Below, one piece after another: positions 35,361 to 46,752 of a DNA stretch of 64,000 nucleotides; positions within the stretch are counted from its first letter, which is position 1; every line of letters begins with the position of its first letter. The stretch comes from Vicugna vicugna (Eukaryota), in assembly GCA_013265495.1 (NCBI GenBank), contig MU057887.1:2637576-2701575 (forward strand). Reading direction: 5' to 3'. The position numbers were made by a program, and so were the translations under genes. The notes under the pieces were generated by a model. It worked only from the letters and a program-made list of their open reading frames with translations. It was not told where the DNA came from and searched no databases.

Positions 35361-37454
35361 TGCTGAGGGAAGCAGCCGTCCTTCATGTCACACAGGCACT
35401 GGCTGAGCAGACGAGCCTGGCCCCAGACACACGCCCCCTCCCCCTTCTGGAACATGTCCCTCTCCCCTGCGCCTTCTGTAAGTCAGGCACTGGCTCACGG
35501 CCCAGCGCTGGCCTGCTTCCTGACGAGCACCCTCGGGTGGGGCCGGGCCCTGGGACGGCGGAGCATCGCAGAGCACCGCAAAGACTGCCCTGTCGCTGGC
35601 CTGGAGGCTCTGGTTACATGTCTCCCCCTCAGCCTCACACCTGCGTGGGGAACGTCGCCCGGGTGAGAGACAGGACGGGCCAGCAGGCAGTGAGAGCGGA
35701 GGAGGGAGAGGCTGACGGTGCGTGCCTTCCCACGGGGCCGGGAGTCGCGGCCCGGCACGGCCTGGGGTTTGGCTTCGCTTCTGTTCTGTCCCCGAGGACC
35801 ATGGTCCGGTGCCACCAATGCCCGGCATCTGCTCAGTGCTCCGTAAACCTCGTCTAAAGACGGACCGAGGGCGTCTTATGAGGGGTTGGAAGTCAAAGAA
35901 AACCACCTAAGAATGAAACCCCTCTGTCCCAGAGGGTTCCCTAAAACGCGCTTCGTGTCATTTTCCTTTTATCCGTGGGTGTTAAACACTGCTCATTAAG
36001 TGGCCGCAACTTTCCTTCGTGTACAGTGGGGAGAGGCCGGGGGGTGTCCTTCCTGGAACCCCGTGTCCTGGGGGGCCGTGGGGCGGGGCGGGCGGGCTCT
36101 GTGCCTCCCTCCGTGTCTGGGAGAAGCTGGCTGTGCTGCCGGGTCGGGGCCGGCGCCCTCTGAGCCGCTCCGAGGGGCCGAGGTCGCAGGCTGCGGCATC
36201 TCCAGGAGTCTGGAGAGCTGATGAAGAGGCTCTGCGGGGACTTCCGCTGGGGCACCAAGCGCGCTCCAGGAGGAGAGCCCCGGGCTCTGCAGTGCGGGAC
36301 CTCATGCAGCTCAGGACGGAGGCTGGGTCCCAGCACCCTGTGCCCACACAGCGCACCCCCCCACCCCACCCCAACCCCCCACCCTGGTCCACTTCACTTG
36401 CACACCTGCAGCATCTAATCTCACATTTCCATAAGCTTCTAGAACATTTCCCCTCTGATAAATTTTTCTCATGGCTGGAAACGCGTACAGTCCCCGGTGA
36501 TGGTTTCAGCCTCCCGCGATTAGCGATTCTCCGTGAAATGAGCGTCTTAATTATGTCAGCAGCATCCATTCTAACGCACGTGTATCGTCCTCACCTCCCT
36601 CCAAGACGAAAAAGTGCCACACGGGATTTAATTTCCGTTGACAAGTTTGTCTTGCCACAACAACCCATTGAAATGATGGGAAAATTGAGCAGTTTATCCT
36701 GACGAGGGAAATGTTATGATCGGACAGAAACTGGCTTCGGCGTGATCCGTGGAGCACCTAACAGATCCCAGAAACCGCGTGTCCCCCACCCCCGCCTGGA
36801 ACCCAGGCTCAGCCAAGCTGTTCTTGTCACTTGCAGAACAAACCAGGAAGATGTTTCAGGGGAAGCGGGTTAATTTAATGACTACTGCCATTTCAAGCTC
36901 CAGAAATCTGCCCGCCTTATCCTCCAGGGAAAGGCCGCATTCTACAAAAATCAGGCCACTTGCTCAAGAAAAGCAAAGCAGAGCTGGAGACTCACACCTC
37001 GCGTGTCGGCCCACTCCCGTCACTCTGCCCACGCTCCCGGGGCCAGGAGGTTGTCGGAATGTGAACCGGGGCCTGCTCCTCAGGGAGGGCCCCCCACGCT
37101 GTGCCCCAGGCTGGGGTGGCGGGGGCGCCACACACGGTGGGGGGCCAGGACCCAGCCCAAGGACAGAGCACCCCCTGCCTAAGACCCGAGGGGCGACCTG
37201 CAGCCCCCACAGCTGGCCTTGGACACAAACCGGCCTTCAGAGTGGACTCTCTGTCCATGGTTCTGACTCTGCGCCGACCCCACTCAGCCAGCCTTCCTCC
37301 ACGAGTGATGCCCAGCCTGGGTGCTGTCCGCTCCAGAGTCTTCAGGGACAGGAGCTCCTTTTCCCCAAATGGCTCCAGCAAAAGCTCCTTCGTGGGCTCG
37401 CACCCGCCCCACTCACACCTGCCGGCTGGGGGCCGTGCGCACTACCTGGCCACG

Positions 37455-37665
37455 TGCATCGGCCAGCGTGGGCAGCGTTAATAGAGCACCGGAGCCGGGC
37501 GGCTCAGAGCACAGGGATTTGTTCCCTCCCGGCCCTGGAGGCTGGGCCTCTGAGACCCAGGCGTCGGCAGGGCCGGCTTCTCCGGAGGCCCCCTCCCTGG
37601 GGTGTAGACGGCCGGCCTCTCCCTGCGTCCTCACCTGGTCTCCCGCGCACCTGCCCTTGGGTTCC
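37455..37665 (-). mobile_element. MLT1A/B-like LTR fragment
   Basis: ctggaggctgggcctctgagacccaggcgtcggcagggccggcttctccggaggcc ... gtagacggcc ... cctgcgtcctcacctgg. Confidence 0.75.
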
Positions 37666-37982
37666 CTGTGAGCTGCTGTTGAGAGCTGGGCCCGCCGTGT
37701 GGCCTGAGCGCCGTGAGCACTTGGCTTGTCTGGGCTGAGCGTGTGTGCGGCTGCGGTGCCGGTGGTCTCCCGCCCTTCCAGGCCCTGGGTTTGGTCTCTG
37801 TGTCCTTCTGGCCTTGTGCTCAGTGCTCCTCCGCGGACGGGCTCTGTGCCCTGAGCACCGTTAGCTGTGACCCTGCTAAGTAAGCCACTGTGATCTTCCT
37901 GAGCCCTATGATTGTGGTGGAGGGGGGTGGGGTCCAGACACTGTTCTGTAATTTTCCAATTAAGCCTCGGCTTTTTGGTGAG

Positions 37983-38450
37983 TGTACGTGGCTGAAGGGT
38001 GGCCCCCAAAGGTATGTTCACATCCTAACCCTCAAAACTTGTGAGCATGACCATGCTGGGGAAAGGGCCTTTGCAGGTGTGATCAAGTTACAGATCTCAA
38101 GATGGGGTCTCCCGGATGGCCCTGACGGGCCCTGAATCCAACAGCGTGTCCTTACAGGGGAGAGGAGAGAGAGAACACAGACACACGAGAAGGGGTGCGA
38201 CCACGGAGGCAGAGAGAGGAGCCTTTCGAGACCAGACACTGAGGACGTCCTGGAGCCACCAGAAGCTGGTGGAGGGGAGGGGAGGGGAGGGGAGGGGAGG
38301 GGAGGGCCCTCCCCCCGAGCCTGTCGAGTAGCAGGGCCCTGTCTACACCTTGAAGTCAGACTTCGCCCTCCTGCGCTGGGAGAGACGGGGTTCTGATGCT
38401 GGAAGGCCCCGGGCTCCGGGCTTTGTTGCAGTGGCCCGGGAAGCTGGCAC
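37983..38450 (+). mobile_element. MLT1C/D-like LTR with internal (GGAGG)n expansion at 38271-38306
   Basis: ggtggcccccaaaggtatgttcacatcctaacc ... gaaagggcctttgcaggtgtgatcaagtta ... gccaccagaagctgg. Confidence 0.9.
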
Positions 38451-38599
38451 GTGGATCCTGACACGCTCTTCCGTGGGTTTCTCTCCCCCTGACTGACACA
38501 AAGCGTCCCCACCCACTTCCGCGATGCTCTGTGCCGTGTGGGCCGTGGCCTCCCCGCAGGCAGGGCAGGAAGGCTGACGGGCTGGAGAGGGGAGCTCTC

Positions 38600-39115
38600 T
38601 CCCGCCGGGCCAGGATTCAGAGCTGCGTCTGGAGCATCCTTTTCCCTGGAGAGTCGGCGTCTGTATGGGGACTCTCCGGGTGTATTTCACAGGGGTTACC
38701 TCTCCTTCCCCCCCAGGGCCACGGGGGTGCTTCTCTAATCCAGACTGTGAGGATCCGGCGAGGCTCCTGCAGGGGGCGACCTCAAAGGTGTGGGGTCCCC
38801 CGAACACACGCCCCCCCCAGGAATTTCTCGCCCTCGTGCTCGTCCACACTCAGTCTCCAGAAATTTCCCCAAATGACCGTCGAAATGCTCCTACCAACTT
38901 GTGGCGCAGGGGTTTCTGCTCCAGGTGAGCGGGTCTGAGTGGTGTTTCTCTGCATTTGCCTTTTCCTCAAGGTTGTTGCCTTGGGGCTTTGCCCCATGAG
39001 CACCACTCGCCGACGGGTCCTGAAAAGTTGTGGATCTTCAGAGTTCCCAGTTTTGTCTTGTAAAGGTGACAGTGATGACGTCCGAGGTCTCCACGTGTCG
39101 GAGCTGCAGCTGTGC
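38600..39115 (-). mobile_element. L1MD/MC-type 5' end fragment
   Basis: gacagtgatgacgtccgaggtctccacgtgtcggagctg parallels the L1 5' terminus at ~31270-31320. Confidence 0.5.
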
Positions 39116-39633
39116 GCACCCAGTGTCTTTGCTACACGTGGTGGCGTTTTCCTTCAGCTACTAAATCTCAGTCAGACAGTTAACTGGTCGGTTAGTGACT
39201 CTCTCCGCTCAATAAGCCCTTTTCCGGTGTCCTCTGCGGGGCTCTGGGGGCTCAGGAACTTCGAGATCTGTGCTGTCAAGGCGCTTCCCTCAGGGCGGAG
39301 GGTGAAATCCAGAAAGACTTGCTCGCCGTGGGGTTTGCTGCTCTGAGCGTCAGTGGCCTGTGGTGTTCCTGCTCCAGCCGGGATGCGACGCGCCTGCGCC
39401 GGGCTGGCCGGGGGCAGGGAAGCTCCCCGGATGGGGTTAAGTCCCCGCTGAGGACTGAGGCTCCGGGACCCGCCCCCGCTTCCCACCCCAGGGTGTCAGA
39501 GCAGGGAGCAAGGAAACCACCACGGCAGACGGAGCTGGTTCTCAGGCTGTGGGAGGCCGGAGGGGCCCGCAGGAGCCTAATGAGAGCGAGGAGGGCTTGC
39601 AAAGAGGAAAAGCCACCAGATGGAGTCTTCCGA

Positions 39634-39761
39634 GGGGGAGGGGGCAGCGCAGTGGTAGGCGTGTGATTGGCTTGCACGAGGTCCGGAGCCCAGTCCCCGG
39701 CACCTCCATTAAACAAACAAACAAATAAATAAATAACCCGCATCACCTCTGCCCCCTAAAA
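39634..39761 (+). mobile_element. Vic-1-type camelid SINE
   Basis: gggggagggggcagcgcagtggtagg ... gcacgaggtccggagcccagtccccggcacctccattaaa(caaa)n(taaa)n. Confidence 0.85.
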
Positions 39762-40129
39762 TGGGTTGTGCCAGCTTCTCACTGAGCGCCTGTCACGGGC
39801 ACCTCCTGCCATCGGCTCCTCACTGGGGTCTCCTCGGTGGTTCCGAGAGCCCAGCCCCGGTGTCCTTCTCTGGTCAGTTTTGCGTATCTTTGATTTGAGA
39901 GTCATTTTTACAGAATTCTTTTAAACTCTTCAAGCAACGCACTCTCTGTGAGCAATGTTTAAGCTGCTTTCTAGTTTGATGCGCCAGGATTAATTGAAAT
40001 TATTGTTACAGGCTGACATGTCACTGTTTTGCAGCCGTTCCACGGCAGCGTGAAAGGAGAGCCAGTGACTCAGCATGGCGTTATGTCTGACAGAGACGCA
40101 TTTGTGTGACACTTTAGTAAGACTGTTCA

Positions 40130-40460
40130 AACTCATCAGATCTTTCTTTTATCCATTGTCTAGTTGACACATAATCTCCTGTGCGTGGATTTATGCTCAC
40201 TTGTATCCGTATTCCTAAAAGTGTTTTGGTTGTATATTGAGATGTTGGCACTTATTATAAAATGTTCAGCTGATACATCCTCACTGAGTGATACAATGGC
40301 CTCGTATTGACACGCAGCTCCCTTCTTTGTCCACTAAGTGACTGTCGTCTTGAATTTGACCTTTATTTTAAAATCACACGACCACCCTTCCTCTCTTTTC
40401 CTTCGCTTTTGCTCAATAAAATTTTCCTATTGTCTTATCGTCAACCTGCCCTTGCGGTGA
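40130..40460 (-). mobile_element. Old L1 fragment
   Basis: T-rich sequence resembling the antisense ORF2 N-terminal region; weak. Confidence 0.4.
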
Positions 40461-40539
40461 TGGTGCTTTGCCAACAACCAAAACCAGGAGGGCTTCCTTC
40501 CTCTCGCTGCATCACCTAGGGGATGCATGAGCTTAGAGG

Positions 40540-40760
40540 GGAGCACTTAAGCTCTCAGAGGCAAGTCCTTCACTTATCAACTGGGAGCAATAATAGCCAT
40601 TTGCAAAGAGCCGTTGTGAGAACTAACTGAGGGAATGCACTTAGGGTCCTTCAGTGAGCAGCTCCTGACGGAGCCCCCAGGTGCCAGGACCCAGCACAGG
40701 CGCAGGAATCCCGCAGTGAAACACCTGCCCGCTTTCAGAGCTTACGCAGGATGGAAGACA
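40540..40760. mobile_element. MIR fragment (+) adjoining an L2 3' fragment (-)
   Basis: gttgtgagaactaactgagggaatgcactta, then gagcccccaggtgccaggacccagcacaggcgcaggaatcccgcagtgaa. Confidence 0.55.
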
Positions 40761-40889
40761 GGCATCAGGCAAGCACGTGCGGGTAAACCGTTCATGGAAG
40801 TGCCACCAATACAAACCAAGAGGGGACGTGAGCACTTACGGAAGGAAGTTCAACCCAGAGGCCTCCCCAGGGAGGTGCCCCACGAGTCA

Positions 40890-41438
40890 CACAGTAACGA
40901 ATGGCCAACACCTGGTAACCTTTTCTTTATCACAACCAATGTGAATGAAGACTACTGCAGCCACATCAGTGCAGAAAGGGCGCTGTCCGCCGAGTCACCA
41001 GCCGCTCCCGCGCCCCTGACAGTGAGCGGGGGGACTCAGGACGCGGACAAGCAGGCAGTGCGGCCTCTGCCACCACCCCCAGCGGTGCCCCTGAGGGGAC
41101 TCAGGGGGGGAAAGCACAGGACAGTGGCCCTGGGGCGCTCAGTGCAGGTCAGAGGGGTGATTTCAACGAGCCCAGACCTCTGCACCTTCCCGCACACAGA
41201 AAAGCGCTACATTCGTCAGCTTGAGGTGTCTGGCTTTCTCTAATTAACAGTGACCTTTGGATGTCCCGACTCCCTGGTCTTTGTGGCAAGAACTGCTGTA
41301 TCTCCTGGCTCCTCCCTGCCTCTTGGAGCAGTCCCTCGGAGGGCTCTGGGAGGCCGCCCCCGGTCTCGAGCCCTCAGAAAGTCTGCCCAACAAACCACAG
41401 CGCTCGGCGCTCAGGCTGCGCGTTTTGCTCAGTTGGCA
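40890..41438 (+). mobile_element. Artiodactyl ERV1-class LTR
   Basis: gatttcaacgagcccagac, cacagaaaagcgcta, ttgaggtgtctggctttctctaattaacagt, cctggctcctccctgcctcttggagcagt; ends tcagttggca. Left boundary uncertain. Confidence 0.7.
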
Positions 41439-41679
41439 CCAGCATGAAACCACCGCCTGTTCTGAGTCTGTTCTCCGTCGGTGTGTTTTGCATTTTGCTC
41501 TTATCTGCTAGTCTTTGCCATTTAATAGGAGACTTTAACTCATTAACATTTATTGTCATAAAACAATGTTTTGTCTTCCTTCTGTCATTAAACACAGAGC
41601 TTAGTAAGAAAAATGTTAGCATTAAATGTGGCAAAGGCTTAACATCCTCAACATTTGCGGACGGGGGTTTACCTGCCAC

Positions 41680-42150
41680 TAAGGAGACAAATGACTTGCA
41701 CAGAAAAGTCACATAAGAAGGACCCAACACATGAAAAACAGTCAGCCCCACAGGTAATTTGAAAATGCAAATGAGAACAATTACGGGTCTTTTTTGCATC
41801 TTTCAAATTGGCAATTTAGAAACATAATATTTGATGTTAAGGCAGGTGGAATGAAATGGCTACAGCCTTCCCCACTGGTGAAAACGTGACCTGGAATTAC
41901 CTCTCTCCACAGCAATCTGTTAACACGTGGGAAGAGAGTTGAGAGAGCCAACACCCTCTAATGCTGCAATCATACCTCCAAAAATTCATCCTCAGAGCAA
42001 CGCGGAGCTGCGGACAGAGACGTCCGCGTGACGGCACGCGGGGCAGCTTTTGTGGGTGAAAGCCCGGCCGCCTGGAAGGGTTCAGCTGGGGGCCTAGCCA
42101 GCCCGCCCCAACACAGTCGTTTAGGGGGCTCTCTGGCTACTATCAGCGAC
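41680..42150 (+). mobile_element. L1ME-type ORF2 3' fragment
   Basis: aacacatgaaaaa, gaaaatgcaaatgagaacaa, tcaaattggcaa, agcaatctgttaaca, gcaatcatacctccaaaaattcatcctcagag. Confidence 0.7.
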
Positions 42151-43465
42151 CCCTTCTTCCTGACAAATGCTAGTTGATGAAAACTTTCTAAGTTTGCGAG
42201 TAAATGGTTCTGAATTCTAATAGAATTTGTTCAAAAGGCTTTTCAGGTGTCTGTTTCCTATTCCAAATTGTACTCAGTAGCCACCAGACATCATGCCCAC
42301 TGGTTTGTTTTGCACACGAGCTGTTGCAGAGGTCACACGGAGAGCCGGCTTCTCCCCTCCGCCCCCCGCCTCAGGAACGTCGGCAACAAAGGCGCTTCTG
42401 TCAGGCCGGGAGCCATGAACCCAGCCTAGTCATGACCCGTGCCCCGGTGAGCCACTCGCCCTCTGTGAAGAAGACCGTCTCTTTTCCTTTTGGGGCAAAC
42501 AGAGGCCGGCTGGGCCCTGCCCGCCCACCAGGGCTCGCCCTGACCTGTTTGGCTGCACCCCTTCTATGGGCATAGTTACCCAGAACCTGGGCACCCCTCC
42601 TCCAGGCCCACGGCCAGCTGCCCAGGACCCGGAGTTCTGCCCAGGGGAGCGGGCGGCCCTGCCACAGGCCAGCCCCCAGGGCACGGCCGCTTCTGCTCCT
42701 GTGGCCACGCTCCTGCACGGGACTCTGCGCATCTGAGATTCTGAACTCAGCCCTTCCCTCCGGGTCACTGTGGTGCTGCTTTCATCTAAGCTGGGGGTTA
42801 GAACAGGATGCCTTTAACAGGTTCTAAACTCAGATGCTCAAGACACACAGTGTGGGGGCCTCTTTCTGGGCTCCTGCTTCAGGTCCCCAGAATGTCCACA
42901 CCAGGTTCGTGGGGACGTCCCCTCAATTTGGGCAGGTGGCAAATTGGCAGGGACCCAAGCATTTGTCATGTTGTCTCCTGAGGTAAATAAAAATTCACCC
43001 TCCCCTTCTCTGTCTTCGTCCATAACCACGTTCCAAATCATCTGGGAGAGTGTGTTTTAGCAAGAAGCTCTGTTTAAACAAAGACCGATGGCACATTCCA
43101 AACTCTTTTATTTATCCAGAGACTTCAGGTTAAAAATTGAAACATTGAAGTTCTGCATCCTGGTGGTGCTCTCCCACGGCTCACATACTGGGTTGAGATT
43201 TCTCTGAGAAGTGAAACATGAAATTCAAAATATATCTCCATCGGAGCACGGCTATTTACCAGATAAATTGAGAGAGACGTCATTTCCCTCTGCAGTTAGG
43301 AGCTGCCTGGGGACGACACCCGCGCAGACGCAGCAGCAAGGCCATGCTGGGTGGAAGGCCTTGCCCTCGCCCCTGGGGCGGGGCTGCAGGGACACTGGGG
43401 GTGGGGCTGGTGGGGGAGGGAGGGGAGGGGCTTCTCCAGCCTCCAGTGGAGTTGCAGCTATTTTC

Positions 43466-43595
43466 ATGCAACTATTTATCCAGTCAGCTGGGTTGCTGTC
43501 TCTCCAGACAGAGCAAGTCTTTTTTTTTTTAATGCACCTATTTATCCAGTCAGCTGGGTTGAAACGGGCAAGTCTTTTTTTTTTATTTAAATGCA
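43466..43595. repeat. Imperfect tandem duplication (66-bp offset)
   Basis: atgca(a/c)ctatttatccagtcagctgggttg at 43466 and 43532, each followed by gcaagtc + T-run. Confidence 0.9.
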
Positions 43596-45139
43596 ATTTG
43601 ACACATGCATTTATATTTTTACATGCGGTGATTTGATGGCCAAAAATAAAGAATATATTTTGCATTTGAAAAAGATTTTTCTTCTGTCCCTTAATATTGG
43701 GACTAACGCAACAGATCCTCCCAGTTTGTCCCCGTTGGTCGTCCCAGTCTGGTGCTTACTGACGGCAGCGTGTACACAATTAGTTGCTGAATTGATTAGG
43801 TGTGAAGCCCAAGTTGATAGCTGTTCACCACTTAGCATCACAAACCTGCATCAAAGCCTTCACATGGAGTGCTTCCACACTTCTCTTCATCTCTTGTCAT
43901 ACTTTCTTGCCCCAAGGAAAAGTTTTTATCGCCTCTCAAAAGGATCTAACAGCTGTGAAGTACCAGCCCGCAGCTCCGCACACCTGCCCTGGCTTCCACT
44001 GCGGGGCCACAGCTGGCTGTCCTTCCTTCTGCATTTTAACCTCAGCCGTTTACGAAGTCTACAGCCCTGGTTCCCGGGCTTCCAGCGAGCGCCATTCTTA
44101 GGAACACCAAGGATGCAGGGGACTTTCAAATGGATTCGTCTGTTTCTGTCCGGGCTTGCCTAAAGATCCACAAATGCAGCAGTCGATAAAGAAACTGCCC
44201 ATTTCTTCAAAACTCCATCCTCCAGAACGGCCACTTGCTTTGGAACTTTGTGCCATTCGCCGTCACCCGGGGGCCTGCGTAGACCCTGACACGCCGACCG
44301 CCCTCACACGCGCTCACGGCGGGTCCCGAGAGCCCCGCGGAGACGGCACGACCTTATCGGAGGGACGGTGAGCCTTCCTACCCGCCTGGCTGCTGCCAAC
44401 CTCACAGCGCGCGTGGACTTCAAGTCCAGCCTCACGGACGTGCCGATGTCCACACCGGGCACAAACCCCCATGCTTCTCGGCCGAATCTCACAGGCCTGC
44501 CCCCGACGGGCGTCTTAACGTTGAAAACTTAGCTTCGTCACAAGCAGGAGGCATGCCGCCCGGCTTCCGCCTGCGGGCGGGCAGGGACTCCAGTCCGCGG
44601 GCGGCGCGCCGTCGGGAGGGGCCGCCATGCCACCCGCCAACCACACATCACGGGGCAGCCGCTTGTTGTTTGCAAGGTGCACCTGCCGCCCGGTCTGAGG
44701 TGGCTCTCCGTCCCTCTGACCTGGCCCCCGGTGGGCAGTGGACTGTCTGCAGTTCCACTAATGAAGACGTAATGGAGGCCGGGGCGCTTAGCAGGACGAT
44801 GACAGATAAAGAAGCCCTTGAGCTGGGACCAAGCAGAGGGCAGCGCACATCCAGACAGCTGGTGCTCGCTCGCAGACGGCCGCGGACGCCCCCGAGAGCC
44901 CTCCACTCAGGGCAGGGCCGGGGGGGGGTTGCCGGGGCCCAGGGAGGCCAGGGCAGAGGCGAGCTCCAAGCGGCCAGCACCCGCCTGCAGGGGAGGGGCA
45001 CTGAGGCATAAAGAAAACGTCCCCACAGAGAGTGCGCGTCCATCAGATAGCACAGCCATGGTGCTGCGGAGTCCTCTGACCACAGCTGGTGATCCAGATC
45101 CAAGGTATCAATCAACCTTCCCCCTAAAGTGATGTTCAC

Positions 45140-45505
45140 CCAGTGAGCACTCGCAACAAATGACCGCAGACTGCAGTTCTGGAGGTCAGAAGGCCAAGGG
45201 CAAGGTGTCGGCCGGGCCATTCCCTCTGGAGACAGACCCCCGCTGTGTCTCTCCAGCCCCTGGAGCTGCCGGCAGCCCCGGTGCCTCTGGCCCCCCCAGC
45301 ATCACTCCAGCCGCCGCCTCCGTCCTCACACCTCCTCCTCCTCTGTCTCACAGGACGCTGCCCCACGGATCTGCTGCCGCCTGGAAGCCCCAGGATGAGC
45401 CCGTCCTGAGATCCTTTACCATGACGTCTTCTTCCACATAAGGTCACACTCAAGAGGTCCAGGTGGACACATTTTGGAGGTGGGGGCACCATCCTACCCA
45501 CTGCA
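45140..45505 (-). mobile_element. MLT1C-like LTR
   Basis: cagttctggaggtcagaaggccaagggcaaggtgtcggc ... gcatcactccag ... ataaggtcacactc ... caccatcctacccactgca. Confidence 0.85.
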
Positions 45506-46269
45506 CGTGGCTCTATTGCTCACCCATCCATTAAACGTGACTTAAAGCGATAACCGGATTGAGGGTCCGGGGACAGGGAGAGCTTTTCACCATCAACCTC
45601 GTCTCACTGATTCAGACTCATTGTTGGACTGACTGCTCTCGGTGACTGGGGTCTGAATTACTGTGCTTTGCAGAGAAGATCACGCCACCAGTTTGAGCTC
45701 TGCAGGGCAGATCCGACGAGCCCAGGGGTCATTCCTCCTGCTCTGAGTGACCTGCCGTCCTGTCTTCCCACACCGAGAGTGTGTCACCCACGCCGCCAGC
45801 CCCGCGTGGCCCGTGGGGACGCTCAGAGGTACCGTCTTCTCTAAAACGAACAGAGGGCTTAACACAGGGGGTGCTCTGTGGTTGCCCCAGTGAGGCACCG
45901 CTGATGGAAATGCTGTCACAGATCTGAATGCCAAGCAAGGGTTTACTGTTCTTAACCCACTGGTGTGTTTTCTCCTAATGAACAGTAAGGATACGTAAAT
46001 GTCTGTCTTTGCTTTTTCTACCAGGAAGTCCAGAGCTGAGCCTGTGGCTCCAGTTTGGTGCTGATACAGGACCCGAGGCCGAAATAGCTTCTCTCCCGTC
46101 TTCCCACTGGCCTGAGCTCTGATTCTGATGATGTTTTCCCAGATTCTAACATACTGATCATTTTGTTTATTACACATTTTCTTCTAAGTGACTTCAAACT
46201 TTGTGGGATGAATTAAGGACCAACTGAATGGCTAGCTGGCTGGGTTAAGGGATGGTGAACAGAAAGGTG

Positions 46270-46535
46270 ACTGGACAGATAGATGGATGGATGGGTATGT
46301 AGACAGGTGTTTGGGTGAGTGGATGGATGGCTTTAAATGTGGGTGGATGAGTAGATGGGTGGGCGGATGGGTAGGTGGATGAGTGGATGGATGAGTGAAT
46401 AGGTGGATGGGTGGGTGGATGAGTGGATGGGTGGATGGATGGGTGGGTGGATGGGTGGATGAGTGGATGGGCGGGCGGATGGGTGGGTGGATGAGTGAAT
46501 GGGTGGATGGGTGGGCGGATGAATAGATGGAGAGT
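46270..46535. repeat. (GGAT/GGGT)n simple repeat
   Basis: ggtggatgggtgggtggatgagtggatgg... Confidence 0.95.
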
Positions 46536-46589
46536 GGCTATCTTATAGGAAGAGCATATTTTAAATCCATATGGATATTTGAGTCAGTT

Positions 46590-46752
46590 TTAATACATAA
46601 AAATATTAAAAATAGAATCAAATCTATTGATCAAGGCTTGCCAAAGGATTGTTTCAATCTAATTTCCTAAATTAATACATATAAATATTAAAAATAGAAT
46701 CAAATCTACTGATCAAGGCTTGCCAAAGGATTGTTTCAATCTAATTTCCTAA
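46590..46752. repeat. 82-bp tandem duplication, 2 copies
   Basis: Copies start at 46590 and 46672; I see two internal substitutions. Confidence 0.95.
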
